From Cyanobacteriota bacterium (GTDB lineage: Bacteria > Cyanobacteriota > Cyanobacteriia > Thermostichales > Thermostichaceae): a stretch of 64,000 bases of DNA. The first letter of the stretch is position 1. Every line of letters begins with the position of its first letter. Positions 9,558-19,458 of this stretch are shown here, piece by piece. The position numbers were made by a program, and so were the translations under genes. Location: contig JANRIL010000024.1 of the NCBI GenBank assembly GCA_033764955.1, positions 128,001 through 192,000 on the forward strand. The letters are read 5' to 3'. The notes beneath the pieces were generated by a model. That model made no database searches and had not been told where the DNA came from. It saw only the letters and a list, made by a program, of their open reading frames with translations.

Positions 9558-10784
9558 ATGACCCGCATTGGCATTTTGGGAGGGGGGTTTGGCGGACTGT
9601 ATACCGCCCTAGAGCTGGGTCGCTACCTCTGGCCGACACCACCTGAGATTACCTTGGTGGATCGGCAGGAGCGATTTGTTTTTCTGCCCCTGCTCTACGA
9701 AGTAGTGACTGGGGAAATGGAGGATTGGGAAGTGGCTCCCCGTTTTACGGAACTGCTGGCGGCTTCTGCCCAGCCCAATACTCCTATCCGCTTTCGCCAA
9801 GCAGAGGTGGCTCACCTGGATTTAGCTGGGCGGCGAGTCATCTTCCAGGATGGCAACCCTCTTGACTACGATATTTTGGTTGTGGCGCTGGGGGGGGATC
9901 CCCCACTGACACGGGTGGCGGGGGCAGAGCAGTTTGCTTTTCCCTTTCGCCAGCTTGCCGATGCCCAGCGGTTGCGAGCTGCCTTGCCGCAATGGCAGCA
10001 AGGGGATCCCCAAACCCCGATTCGATTGGCGATCACGGGGGCGGGAGCAAGCGGGGTCGAACTGGCCTGCAAACTGGCAGACCGACTGGGGGAACGGGCA
10101 GCGATTCGCCTGATCGAGATGGGATCCCAGATTTTGCCGGGATTTGGCGAAGCCAGTCGGCAAGCCGCCAGCCAAGCCTTACAACAACGGCAGATCCACC
10201 TAGAATTGCAGACGCAAGTACTCTCCATCCAGTCCAACTCGATTCAAACCCAGACTCAATCAGAGACTGGCTATCCGCAGATCCGGCAAGAGGCGGTGGA
10301 TGGCGTGATCTGGACAGCCGGATGGCAGGTGGTGCCCATGATCCGCGATCTGCCTGTTGCCAAAAATGAACGCCAACGGTTGGTGGTGGATGCTACCCTG
10401 CGTCTGCCAGATTATCCAGAGGTGTTTGCGATTGGCGATAGCGCCGCCGTTCAAGATGCCGATGGGAAAATCGTTCCGGCCTCCGCCCAGGCTGCTTTTC
10501 AGCAGGCGGACTACTGCGCCTGGAATGTTTGGGCTACGGCTACCCAATCTCGCCCCCTGTTGCCCTTTCGCTATTATCCGTTGGGAGAAATGTTGAGCCT
10601 GGGTACGGATACAGCCGTCCTGTCGGGGTTGGGACTGACCCTGACCGGATCCCTGGGCTATCTGGCACGGCGAGCCACCTATTTGGCACGAATGCCAACC
10701 TTCGACCATCAACTCAAGGTAGGCTGGCATTGGATGGCTAAACCCCTGCTAACGGAGTGGCAGCGCTGGGTTAGATCCTCCTAA
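9558..10784 (+). CDS. ndbB: Type II NAD(P)H dehydrogenase-family oxidoreductase (NdbB-like)
   Basis: GGGFGGLYTA and GAGASGVELA Rossmann motifs; VFAIGD; AQAAFQQA. Confidence 0.75.
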   Translation: MTRIGILGGGFGGLYTALELGRYLWPTPPEITLVDRQERFVFLPLLYEVVTGEMEDWEVAPRFTELLAASAQPNTPIRFRQAEVAHLDLAGRRVIFQDGNPLDYDILVVALGGDPPLTRVAGAEQFAFPFRQLADAQRLRAALPQWQQGDPQTPIRLAITGAGASGVELACKLADRLGERAAIRLIEMGSQILPGFGEASRQAASQALQQRQIHLELQTQVLSIQSNSIQTQTQSETGYPQIRQEAVDGVIWTAGWQVVPMIRDLPVAKNERQRLVVDATLRLPDYPEVFAIGDSAAVQDADGKIVPASAQAAFQQADYCAWNVWATATQSRPLLPFRYYPLGEMLSLGTDTAVLSGLGLTLTGSLGYLARRATYLARMPTFDHQLKVGWHWMAKPLLTEWQRWVRSS

Positions 10785-10930
10785 ATCCTGTATTTTTCCC
10801 TCCTTAAGAAGGGGATCCCTCCCCCTTACCCAATGGTTCAGACGATAGCTCCCCCCAAATCCACCGTTCGTGCCTGCCGAGAAGAGGGCATACTGAGACT
10901 CACATCCCACCGATGGAGAGGTGATAGGCA

Positions 10931-11659
10931 ATGGCTGGCCTTTATCTTTATGGCATTCTTCAGGCTCCTGGCCCCCGCCACTTGAATGTGCAGGGGATTG
11001 ATCGACAGCCTGTACAGGTTCAGGTCTTTGATCCTTTGGTTCTTTTGTATTCCGAGGCTCAACAGGAGCGATATCTGGCCAGCCGTGCCAATCTGCTTGC
11101 CCATGAGTCAGTCTTAGAAAAAGTGATGGCGGAAGGACACCGCGCCCTCCTACCCTTGCAGTTTGGTCTGGTGGCTAGTGATTGGGAGTTGGTGCGCCGC
11201 GATCTGATCGAGCCAAAGCAGGCGGATTTAGTGCGACTCCTTCACCATCTAGAAGGGAAGCGGGAGGTGGGGGTGAAAGTGTTTTGGGATCCCGATCAGG
11301 AGCTGCAACTGGCTCTCAACGAAAACCCTGATCTGAAACGGCAACGGGATGCCATGGCGGGCGCACCCCTAGGTTTGGATGCCGTTGTCAAGATTGGGCG
11401 AGAGCTGGAGCAACTGCTGGAAAATCGCCGCCACCAAATTACGGAAACTTTTGTGGCAATCCTTTCTCCCCTAGCCAGCGACCGCGTGGAGGGGGAACTG
11501 CTTACAGAAAATATGGCCTATAACGGCTCTTTTTTGATCCATTGGGAGGATGAACCGTTATTTGCCCAAAAAGTCGAGGATTTGGATCATCTGTTTCAGG
11601 GGCGGTTACGCATCCGCTACAACAATTTTACGGCTCCCTACAATTTCACCAAATTGTAA
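10931..11659 (+). CDS. GvpL/GvpF-family gas vesicle protein
   Basis: LYLYGI; HESVLE; LLPLQFG; EVGVKVFW; APYNF. Confidence 0.88.
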   Translation: MAGLYLYGILQAPGPRHLNVQGIDRQPVQVQVFDPLVLLYSEAQQERYLASRANLLAHESVLEKVMAEGHRALLPLQFGLVASDWELVRRDLIEPKQADLVRLLHHLEGKREVGVKVFWDPDQELQLALNENPDLKRQRDAMAGAPLGLDAVVKIGRELEQLLENRRHQITETFVAILSPLASDRVEGELLTENMAYNGSFLIHWEDEPLFAQKVEDLDHLFQGRLRIRYNNFTAPYNFTKL

Positions 11660-11662
11660 GGG

Positions 11663-12217
11663 ATGGCTGGGTTAAAGATCCTGGCAGTAGGTCTGGCTTT
11701 CCTGATCTTGGCTGGTCTAGGCATTTTGCTTTTGCCTTGGCGGGTAATGCTGCGCTGGCGCAAACCCTGGGGGGGGAATCCGGTGCTATGGTGGCAACTG
11801 ATTTTGCCCGTTTACCTGGGCGTGGTGAGCGGGCAGAGTCGCTGCTGGCGCTATCGATGGGGATCCCATTCCTACCAGGGGATCCTTCCCTCCCCTCAAC
11901 TAGCTCCTCTGATTCGTTTAGTGGGAGGGGATCCCTTAGCGGTTTGGCAGCTCCTTAGGGGCTGGCAGCCCCACCTGCGTCACTGGCAGGGAGAGGGATT
12001 CCTGGAGGCTGGCTTAGGGGATCCCGTGCTGGTGGGGCAGTGGATTGGCCTGATTGCCAGTCTTCCCTTACCCTGGGCAAGACGAATTCATCTCACCTTC
12101 AGCCAAACGGGATGGCGGTCGCGGGGAACCGTGCAGATGGAGGTGCGCCCCCTGCTGTTGTTTCCCGCTGGAATCCTCTTTCTTGGCAAACGCTGGCGAA
12201 AAAACCAACAAGCTTAG
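11663..12217 (+). CDS. Hypothetical membrane-anchored protein
   Basis: N-terminal hydrophobic helix; starts 3 nt after the gvpF-like gene. Confidence 0.6.
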   Translation: MAGLKILAVGLAFLILAGLGILLLPWRVMLRWRKPWGGNPVLWWQLILPVYLGVVSGQSRCWRYRWGSHSYQGILPSPQLAPLIRLVGGDPLAVWQLLRGWQPHLRHWQGEGFLEAGLGDPVLVGQWIGLIASLPLPWARRIHLTFSQTGWRSRGTVQMEVRPLLLFPAGILFLGKRWRKNQQA

Positions 12218-12275
12218 GGTTTGGGATCCAGATTCGCAGGTTAAGATATTCCTAACAGACATCGAGGTCAGGATC

Positions 12276-12485
12276 ATGTCTAGCCAAACCCACGCTTCCG
12301 CTCAACCCCTCACTTTTACCGCCGAACAGGTGGCTGAGATTGCAGAACGTCTCGAAAAAGATACCTATGCTTCTTTGTTTGGTTGTCTAGAAGATTGGCA
12401 TGCTCTTAAGTCAGCCGCTTTTCATGCCCCTAATCTGGTTGCTCCCTACATCCATCTTCTAGAATTAGAGATAGACGAGGATTAG
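12276..12485 (+). CDS. DUF2555 (IsiD-like) small protein
   Basis: VAEIAERLEKDTY...LEDWHAL...PYIHLL; ATG at 12276 after GAGG. Confidence 0.75.
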   Translation: MSSQTHASAQPLTFTAEQVAEIAERLEKDTYASLFGCLEDWHALKSAAFHAPNLVAPYIHLLELEIDED

Positions 12486-12545
12486 CATCTATCTGACGGT
12501 AACCCCTCACCTAGCTATACCCATATCAATAAATTCAGGAGAGTC

Positions 12546-12767
12546 ATGCGCCTTAAGTCTCATGAATCCCCTCGCCACCAAGGCAGAAATCGCCGTGGCA
12601 AGGGTGGCACTGCTCGCAAGCGGCAACTGGATAAACGACAACGCGCCCTAGTGCAGCGGTTGAAACCAAACAAGAGTTCTGAGCCAGAATCGGCTTCCCC
12701 CTCTTCATCTCTCCTCAGGCAAGGACACGGATCCCTGCCTTTTTTATGGCTATTGCTGGCGGCGTGA
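12546..12767 (+). CDS. Small basic protein; candidate ArfA/ArfT/BrfA-like ribosome rescue factor
   Basis: AGGAG SD upstream; Arg/Lys-rich with RRGKGGTARKR; hydrophobic tail ending LAA; function is inferred. Confidence 0.6.
   Translation: MRLKSHESPRHQGRNRRGKGGTARKRQLDKRQRALVQRLKPNKSSEPESASPSSSLLRQGHGSLPFLWLLLAA
12717..12745 (+). terminator. Intrinsic terminator-like hairpin inside the 12546-12767 CDS
   Basis: AGGCAAGGA-cacgga-TCCCTGCCT (one mismatch) followed by a T run, about 20 nt before the stop codon. Confidence 0.6.
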
Positions 12768-12875
12768 CATTCTGTCGATGCTGATACTTCCCATACAGCG
12801 CAGGACTCATAGCTCCTCGCACCTCTCAAATCTTAAAACCGACTAGGCCGCCCCCCACTACCTCTAGCACTGCTG

Positions 12876-13556
12876 ATGTCTTCTCCTATTTTTTCTATTG
12901 CTTGTGGGTGTGGATTGTTGGTCTTAGGGGGGGTCTTGGTGGGCTTGCCGACTCCCCAGCCGTTGTCTTCTTCCCCTAGTCAGGAAAGTTGGGTCACTTC
13001 GTCATTACCCAGCTCTTCCTCCCGTTGGTCAGAACCTGCCCACCGTGGCATACCTTCTCTTCCCCACCTGGCAAGAAAGGCTCTCTCCCACTACTTCACC
13101 ACCGGCGAGGTCTTGGCGCTACCTCAGCCTGTAGAGGTGGAATGGCAACGGGCAGCGGGGGTATTTGTTACCCTGAGCCACCAGGGCAAAACTCGCGGTT
13201 GCTGGGGATCCCTAACGCCGATTGCCCCCGACTTGGGAACGGCCACAATCCGAGCCGCGATAGCTGCGGCCACCCGCGATGGGCGTTATCCCCCTCTGCA
13301 AGCCAGCGAATTACCTGAGATCTCCATCCAAGTGGCGATTGTGCAAGAGATTCTGCCGATTGCCTCCGTCCACGAGATGGATCCGACGCGGTTTGGCTTG
13401 TGGGTGCGTTCGGGATCCCAGGCGGCGGTGGTGCTGGCGGGAGAAGCCCTCACCCCAGAATGGCAACTGGCTACGGCTCGTCGCTGGGCTGGCATCTCGG
13501 AGTCGGCGGGGGTGGAATTGTTTCGCGTTAAAACCCAGATGCTTTACGAGTTTTAG
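12876..13556 (+). CDS. AMMECR1 (AmmeMemoRadiSam A) domain protein with N-terminal hydrophobic segment
   Basis: GVFVTL...RGCWG; AATRDGRYPPL..SEL. Confidence 0.85.
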   Translation: MSSPIFSIACGCGLLVLGGVLVGLPTPQPLSSSPSQESWVTSSLPSSSSRWSEPAHRGIPSLPHLARKALSHYFTTGEVLALPQPVEVEWQRAAGVFVTLSHQGKTRGCWGSLTPIAPDLGTATIRAAIAAATRDGRYPPLQASELPEISIQVAIVQEILPIASVHEMDPTRFGLWVRSGSQAAVVLAGEALTPEWQLATARRWAGISESAGVELFRVKTQMLYEF

Positions 13557-14059
13557 GTTGCTTTTATCTTTAGCATTTCTTGCTTACTTTCGTGGTGTTT
13601 TTGGACATCTGTTAGGGGTTCCTTTCTGCTATCCGTGGAGTCACTTACTAAGTCTTGCCGTCGTTAAAGTCCTATTTACTTAACCATCGCTTCTTCCGCT
13701 ACTCAGTCCACGAGGAATCCCCAACCTCCTCGAAGTGTGTTCAAGAATACCTCGACTTCTGTTCTTTATTAAGAATTGCCACGGTCTTTTTTTAAGGGGC
13801 ACTTGAGTCTTATGCTTTGTGAGCAGTTCACAAAAACCCCTAATTTCTTGAGATCATTTTCTAAAGATGGGATCCCTTTTCTGCATAATTAATTACTCAC
13901 TATTTGTTGTTGCGATCCCTTATGTGGGTTTTATCGGTTCATCTGTCACCCCTCCCTACCCACTTTTGTTGAGGCGGGGGGCGCTCCTTTCAACGGTGGT
14001 TAGAGGAACTGCCCGCTCATCCCCTCCACCCAACGGATCCGGAAGCTACGATGCTCTGG

Positions 14060-14324
14060 AACTGCAACTATCCTGAGGATTCTGAATCTCGCCGAACATT
14101 TAGGTCAGGTTGAAGGAGGGATCCCTCATCGGCTTCTAGAACTCATTGTTGCTGATGCTTACCGTTATGGAAAGCTCAACACCGCTGAAGTGGGTCAGCT
14201 CCTTCAATGACTAACTCGTCTTGCAACTCATATATTTTTGAAATGGGTGGGTACTTATCTAAACTATGATGAAACTGAATTCGACCCAGATCTTCAGACT
14301 CTCAAGGAGTTCAGAGCGCAATGA
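14060..14324 (+). pseudogene. UPF0175-family antitoxin remnant
   Basis: LLELIVADAYRYGKLNTAEVGQLLQ*LTRLATHIFLKWVGTYLNYDETEFDPDLQTLKEFRAQ* with internal TGA at 14208; start approximate. Confidence 0.65.
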
Positions 14325-14345
14325 TTATTGTCTCTGACACCTCCC
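14321..14345 (+). pseudogene. Truncated start of a DUF3368/PIN-like toxin
   Basis: ATGA overlap with the UPF0175 stop, reads MIIVSDTS then breaks off. Confidence 0.5.
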
Positions 14346-14379
14346 TCTGGATGTCTCGTTCTGGCTCTCCTTGGGGCTA

Positions 14380-14855
14380 TAAAGGGTATGGCAAATGATA
14401 CACGATTTACCAGAGATTCCATAGATGGAGTCGTTTCGGGATTTGGGAAAGGATGTTCAATCACCTCATCAAAGATCTCGATTTAGAACATCTGATCATT
14501 GACTCGACAACGGTTTGCACTCACCCCTGTGCAGCAGGAAAAAAAGGGGAACAAGCTCTAAGAAGAAGCCGAGGTGGATATAGTACAAAGTACCAAGTTC
14601 ATGTAAGTGTGGATGGGATAGAACCCGCTAGTTTTTAGAATCACTGGAGGGGAAAGTTATGATAGTACTCAAGCAGAGGAATTGATAGATGGTTGGCAAG
14701 AGAAAAACACAAAAGTGATAGGAGACAAAGGGTATGATTCCAATAGATTAATTGATCAGGTAGAGGAAATATAGACAGTTATTCCATCTAAAAAGAATAG
14801 GAAGGTAGAGCAAGATTATGACAGATGCCTGATATTAAGGAGAGGCATTTAATCA
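14380..14855 (+). mobile_element. Degraded IS5-family (IS427-group-like) transposase
   Basis: TIYQRFHRWS..GIWERMF; IIDSTT; AAGKKG with A7G; SRGGYSTK; GDKGYDS; VIPSKKNR; KERHLI; several stops; ends approximate. Confidence 0.8.
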
Positions 14856-15191
14856 CAAGTGTTGAGTCTTAAGATTTTGAGGATCGCTGGCAAGTTATGC
14901 GTCGGGTCTAAGGATACAGAATTCATCTTGCTATTGACGCTATTCTCAATAAATCGACTTGGATTCCCAGCTCTGCTCCAGGAAATGTAAAGTTTTACCA
15001 TCACGATTCAACACTTCTGGCATTTATATAGAATGCTTTTTTCACAATCTGAAGCCGTATCGACATCTGTTTTCTCACTTTGACAAGTTGGCAAGGAACT
15101 TCTTGAGTTTTCTCTATTTTGTTGGCACTCTCTTATGAATTAAGTAACAGATCAACAAAACCTAGTCTATCTTAGGGATCCTGATTTATTC

Positions 15192-15545
15192 ATGAAGCAG
15201 CTCCCAAACCACGAACAAGCCGTTATCCCATGTGCCAAGATCACCAAGTACCTTCTTTGCCTTGAGCACCCTGAAGGGGGCAGTAAGGCTCAGTTCTTTT
15301 TGTCATTCGGCTTTACCCTAGAATCCTGGCAAATACTTGATAGAGCCTTACGACAACATGCCCTCGATCATGAAGTGAGTAGAATCGAGCTATCTCAGTA
15401 CGGTATCAAGTATGTCATTGAAGGGAACCTTGACACTCCCGATGGTCGCTCCCCCTTTGTCCGATCCGTTTGGATCATTGACAATGGTGAGGAGAATCCT
15501 CGATTAACCACCGCTTATCCCCTAGACCCACCGGACAACGCATGA
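15192..15545 (+). CDS. DUF6883-like protein (putative toxin)
   Basis: KITKYLL..EHPEGGSKAQFF...GF; YGIKYVIEG; RSVWIID..PRLTTAYP. Confidence 0.75.
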   Translation: MKQLPNHEQAVIPCAKITKYLLCLEHPEGGSKAQFFLSFGFTLESWQILDRALRQHALDHEVSRIELSQYGIKYVIEGNLDTPDGRSPFVRSVWIIDNGEENPRLTTAYPLDPPDNA

Positions 15546-16216
15546 TTAAGGAGCTTGATCTCATCGCCCTCTCCACCGATCTTCCCGCCTATGGCCTCAA
15601 ACAGGAAGATCGGGGAACAGTAGTTCATGTCTACAAAGATGGAGCAGCCTACGAAGTAGAGTTTATCAAAGAAGGTAAGACAGTTGCTGTGACTACCCTA
15701 AAGCCAGCTCAAGTCCGACCTTATCATCCAAACCCTAAAGTCCCCACTCCTTCCCACAGAGCCAGCTCACCCAAAACAACGCCCCCATCCACTCCCCCAA
15801 AAAAGCTAACACCCGGACTTAAATTAGTACTCCAGGAACTGATCCGCCGCCAACGCCCCTACTACCTACCCGAAGGATCCCCGATCCGTGGCTTAGATAA
15901 TCAACACTGGATCCTCTTCAACAAGCATCGAGATGCCGATAGTCTGTTCAAGAGGCTTGCTAACTTTCTAAGATTCGGAGATAAACAATCTCAATACAAA
16001 TTTCTACGGATCGATTTCCAAACTGCCACCATTACGGAATATATCCCCCGCCCAAATTATGACCTGCCTTCTCGCACCCTGATCCGCACGGCCAAACTCA
16101 GTACTATTGAGGAGTTTCTCCAGAAAGTCAGCACCACCAAAGAATCTGCACTCCAAGCCAATAGCTTTCTAGGGATCACTGGCAAACGCCGCCCCTCAAC
16201 TTCAGGATCCCGGTAG
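15542..16216 (+). CDS. DUF4926 domain fused to an unknown C-terminal domain
   Basis: IKELDLIAL..DLPAYGL...GTVVHVY...AYEVEF; ATGA overlap; Pro-rich linker. Confidence 0.7.
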   Translation: MIKELDLIALSTDLPAYGLKQEDRGTVVHVYKDGAAYEVEFIKEGKTVAVTTLKPAQVRPYHPNPKVPTPSHRASSPKTTPPSTPPKKLTPGLKLVLQELIRRQRPYYLPEGSPIRGLDNQHWILFNKHRDADSLFKRLANFLRFGDKQSQYKFLRIDFQTATITEYIPRPNYDLPSRTLIRTAKLSTIEEFLQKVSTTKESALQANSFLGITGKRRPSTSGSR

Positions 16217-16439
16217 TGCCCTAGAGGTCATGCTAATAAACTCAGCAGGATATTACCCTGATCTTCTGAATGGTTTGACATTGGCCACTAGCACATAGAC
16301 AGGCTGTGTATACTGTCTCTGCCGAGGACTTGCAGCACAACTTCATCGTTAAGGGGTGGGATCCCATCAGCGATTAGCTAATGCATCGGCTAGGCTAGAA
16401 AGCGTTGAGCCGTGATGACAGCGATGAAGGAGGATCCCG

Positions 16440-17606
16440 ATGGCGACTGCTTGGCAGCGTTGGCTTTCGGTAGGAATGGTGAGTGTGTGGGTGGCTGGAT
16501 CCCCCCTCTTGGGCAGAGGTGAGGAAGCCTCTTCGGTGATGGCAGCAACTCAGCCTACGCAGGGAGAAGCCCTCCTAAAAAAATATGACAGTGCCCTCCA
16601 ATCTCTACCCTCTCTTCCCAACCTGCAATACCGCCAACAGGTGAGGGTGGCTGGCACGCAAGAATTTACGGCTACCCTCGATGTGTTGGTGCGGCAAGAC
16701 CATAGTTGGCAAGCCTGGTTAGCGGAAGGGGATCGCATCCGCCTGCTCGACTCGCAGGATTTGACGGTGGTTGATCAATCAGACTTACTACAGCTTTATT
16801 CGGTCTATGTCTCGGATCCCGAAGCGTTGATCCCAGAGGTTGGCTTGCGGCTGGCTCCCAACCAGGGGCAGTATCGGGTGACGCAAGTGCAGGAAACGCT
16901 TTTAGATGGCAAGCCCGTTCAGCATTTGATCCTAGAGGGGGAAGGTCAACTGCGGGAGTTGTGGCTGGATCCCAAATCCGCTCTTCCTCATCAAGCCTTG
17001 CTCTTTCTCTCTGGAGTGTGGGGACAAGCCTATGCCCTGCTCTCCTTTGCTGCCGTTGAAAACTATTGGCTACCCCAGGCTACCCAGATCAACTTAGGTT
17101 ACGGCTTTTGGACGTTAGAGGGGCTGTCACGGCGGGTCTTTCGGGGATCCCTGACGATTCGACATGACTATCAGAATTATCAACTCTTGCCCTCTGGCAC
17201 CTCCCTGCGATTTTTGCCCTCCCAACCCCCAGTGGATCGTCCCCCCCAAGTGGCCGGGATCCCCACGGGATCGACGGTTCAAGCGGGGGATGTACAATCC
17301 CTGGGCACTGATAGTCAGGGGAATGAACAATTTACGATTGGACTCACCCAAAAAACAGGAGAGGCTATTTTGGCGGATCGGATCAACGCCTTTAACCTGA
17401 CCCGTCCTGCCCCCCGCAATGCCCTCACCCAGATTGATACCCTGGCCTCCCTCCCGCTGGGGGAAAATCGGCTTCCCATCTATCTCTTTCAATTTGATAC
17501 CGAGCGTCCCATCTCCCCAATTCAGTCCGGCAACCCCAACCGACAAGCGGATCCCAAAGAGGTTTTTGCACCGACTCCCCCCAGTATCCGCATCATTGGT
17601 AACTGA
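16440..17606 (+). CDS. Hypothetical exported protein
   Basis: GGAGG SD; signal-peptide-like N-terminus; 388-aa ORF. Confidence 0.7.
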   Translation: MATAWQRWLSVGMVSVWVAGSPLLGRGEEASSVMAATQPTQGEALLKKYDSALQSLPSLPNLQYRQQVRVAGTQEFTATLDVLVRQDHSWQAWLAEGDRIRLLDSQDLTVVDQSDLLQLYSVYVSDPEALIPEVGLRLAPNQGQYRVTQVQETLLDGKPVQHLILEGEGQLRELWLDPKSALPHQALLFLSGVWGQAYALLSFAAVENYWLPQATQINLGYGFWTLEGLSRRVFRGSLTIRHDYQNYQLLPSGTSLRFLPSQPPVDRPPQVAGIPTGSTVQAGDVQSLGTDSQGNEQFTIGLTQKTGEAILADRINAFNLTRPAPRNALTQIDTLASLPLGENRLPIYLFQFDTERPISPIQSGNPNRQADPKEVFAPTPPSIRIIGN

Positions 17607-17651
17607 GTCATTGGTGATTCCGCAAGGATTTTGCTAAGATATAAGATCTTC

Positions 17652-17723
17652 GCGGGCGTAGTTCAGTGGTAGAACGTCAGCTTCCCAAGCTGAATGTCGA
17701 GAGTTCAAGTCTCTTCGCCCGCT
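17652..17723 (+). tRNA. tRNA-Gly(CCC)
   Basis: GCGGGCG/CGCCCGC acceptor stem; TCAGC-TTCCCAA-GCTGA anticodon arm; GTTCAAG T-loop. Confidence 0.96.
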
Positions 17724-17843
17724 CTTTGTTAAGTGTTCAAGATGCAAAATTATTAGGCTAATCGATAGCCTAGTATTTTTCTTGCCAATCTGGTTAGCAA
17801 TCCTCCTACCATTATAGAACTACTCCCCTTAGTCAAAACCGCC

Positions 17844-18482
17844 ATGACGATAAGCTCGCTCTTTCCTCCCTCAACCATGCCTTTACCGGCAGCGGAGCGG
17901 ATTGCCAACGTCCACCGCCAAACGGGGGAAACCGATGTGCGGATCACCATCAACCTTGATGGAACCGGACAGCATCAGATCCACACCGGCATCCCTTTTT
18001 TGGATCACATGCTGGTGCAGTTAAGTTCCCACGGCTTATTTGATTTGCAGATTCAAGCTCAAGGAGATCTAGAGATTGATGATCACCATACCAACGAAGA
18101 TGTCGGTATCACGCTGGGTCAGGCAATCCATCAAGCATTAGCCGACCGACGCGGCATTCAAAGATTCGGTCATTTCTGGGCACCTCTTGATGAGGCGCTG
18201 GTGCAGGTTGTCCTGGATTTTTCGGGTCGCCCCTATCTCCACTACGAACTCCAAATTCCTACCCAACGCATTGGCACCTATGACACCCAACTGGTCAGGG
18301 AATTTTTTCAGGCGGTGGTCAACCAAGCCCAGATGACCTTACACATTCGCCAAGCCGCTGGCATCAACTCCCACCATATTGTGGAAGCTAGCTTCAAAGC
18401 CTTTGCCCGATCCCTGCGCTCAGCGGTGGAGTGGGATCCCCGTCGGCTATCCGGGATCCCTAGCTCTAAGGGAGTGCTTTAA
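17844..18482 (+). CDS. hisB: Imidazoleglycerol-phosphate dehydratase
   Basis: [32 protein letters not shown]. Confidence 0.97.
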   Translation: MTISSLFPPSTMPLPAAERIANVHRQTGETDVRITINLDGTGQHQIHTGIPFLDHMLVQLSSHGLFDLQIQAQGDLEIDDHHTNEDVGITLGQAIHQALADRRGIQRFGHFWAPLDEALVQVVLDFSGRPYLHYELQIPTQRIGTYDTQLVREFFQAVVNQAQMTLHIRQAAGINSHHIVEASFKAFARSLRSAVEWDPRRLSGIPSSKGVL

Positions 18483-18648
18483 TCAGCTCGGGCTATGGGT
18501 GGGTGGCTCTATTTCCCACAACTTTTCCCGCTAGCGATGCTTTACCCGGCTCCTCGCTCCTTGCTTTCTTGGGATTAACCGAGAGGAGAAGTAGGGATCC
18601 CAGGAGGTTGAGTGCGAGAATGGGAAGAGTCTTCCGCCACGTTGCTGT

Positions 18649-19458
18649 ATGTTACCTGGAATCCAGCCATCTACCTTGACAGGCTTGCCCACTGCTTCAG
18701 AAGAGTCTCTGTCTGGAGGGATACCCAACCAACCCCTATCTGCCCCCAATGGGTTGGGATCCCCTGAACTGGAGCAGCCCACCTGTTCCCCAACGATCGG
18801 ATTTTGGCAGATGCTGCGGGAAGATGTTGACTGCGTTTTTGAGCGGGATCCGGCAGCCCGTAACCATTGGGAGGTGATCTCCACCTATCCAGGAGTTCAT
18901 GCCTTGTTTGCCCATCGGATTGCCCATCGCTGGTGGCAATGGCGTTGGTATCTGCCGGCTCGTCTGTTGAGCGCCTTGGCTCGCCATTTCACCTTGATTG
19001 AAATTCATCCGGGGGCTTGTATTGGGCGGCGCTTTTTTATTGATCATGGCTGTGGGGTGGTGATTGGTGAAACCGCTGAAATCGGCGATGATGTCACCCT
19101 CTACCACGGGGTAACGCTGGGGGGAACGTCCTGGAATCGCGGCAAACGCCACCCCACCCTAGAGAATGGCGTGATTGTCGGTACGGGAGCCAAGATTTTG
19201 GGGCCGGTTCGCATCGGTCAAGGGGCGCGGATCGGTGCTAATTCTGTTGTGATTCAAGATGTGGCGGCGGATATGACCGTTGTGGGCATTCCCGGACGGG
19301 CGGTGCTTCCCCCCGATCAACGGCGGATCCCAGCCCACGGCATTGATCTGGATCATCATCTGATGCCAGATCCAGTGGGCAAAGCCATCGAAAGTCTTCT
19401 CAATAAAATTCAAGAATTAGAAAAAGAGGTTGCTCAGCTAAAGCGTCAACAGCGTTGA
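18649..19458 (+). CDS. cysE: Serine O-acetyltransferase
   Basis: ERDPAAR; IEIHPGA; FIDHG; GVTLGGT; KRHPT; start uncertain. Confidence 0.93.
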   Translation: MLPGIQPSTLTGLPTASEESLSGGIPNQPLSAPNGLGSPELEQPTCSPTIGFWQMLREDVDCVFERDPAARNHWEVISTYPGVHALFAHRIAHRWWQWRWYLPARLLSALARHFTLIEIHPGACIGRRFFIDHGCGVVIGETAEIGDDVTLYHGVTLGGTSWNRGKRHPTLENGVIVGTGAKILGPVRIGQGARIGANSVVIQDVAADMTVVGIPGRAVLPPDQRRIPAHGIDLDHHLMPDPVGKAIESLLNKIQELEKEVAQLKRQQR

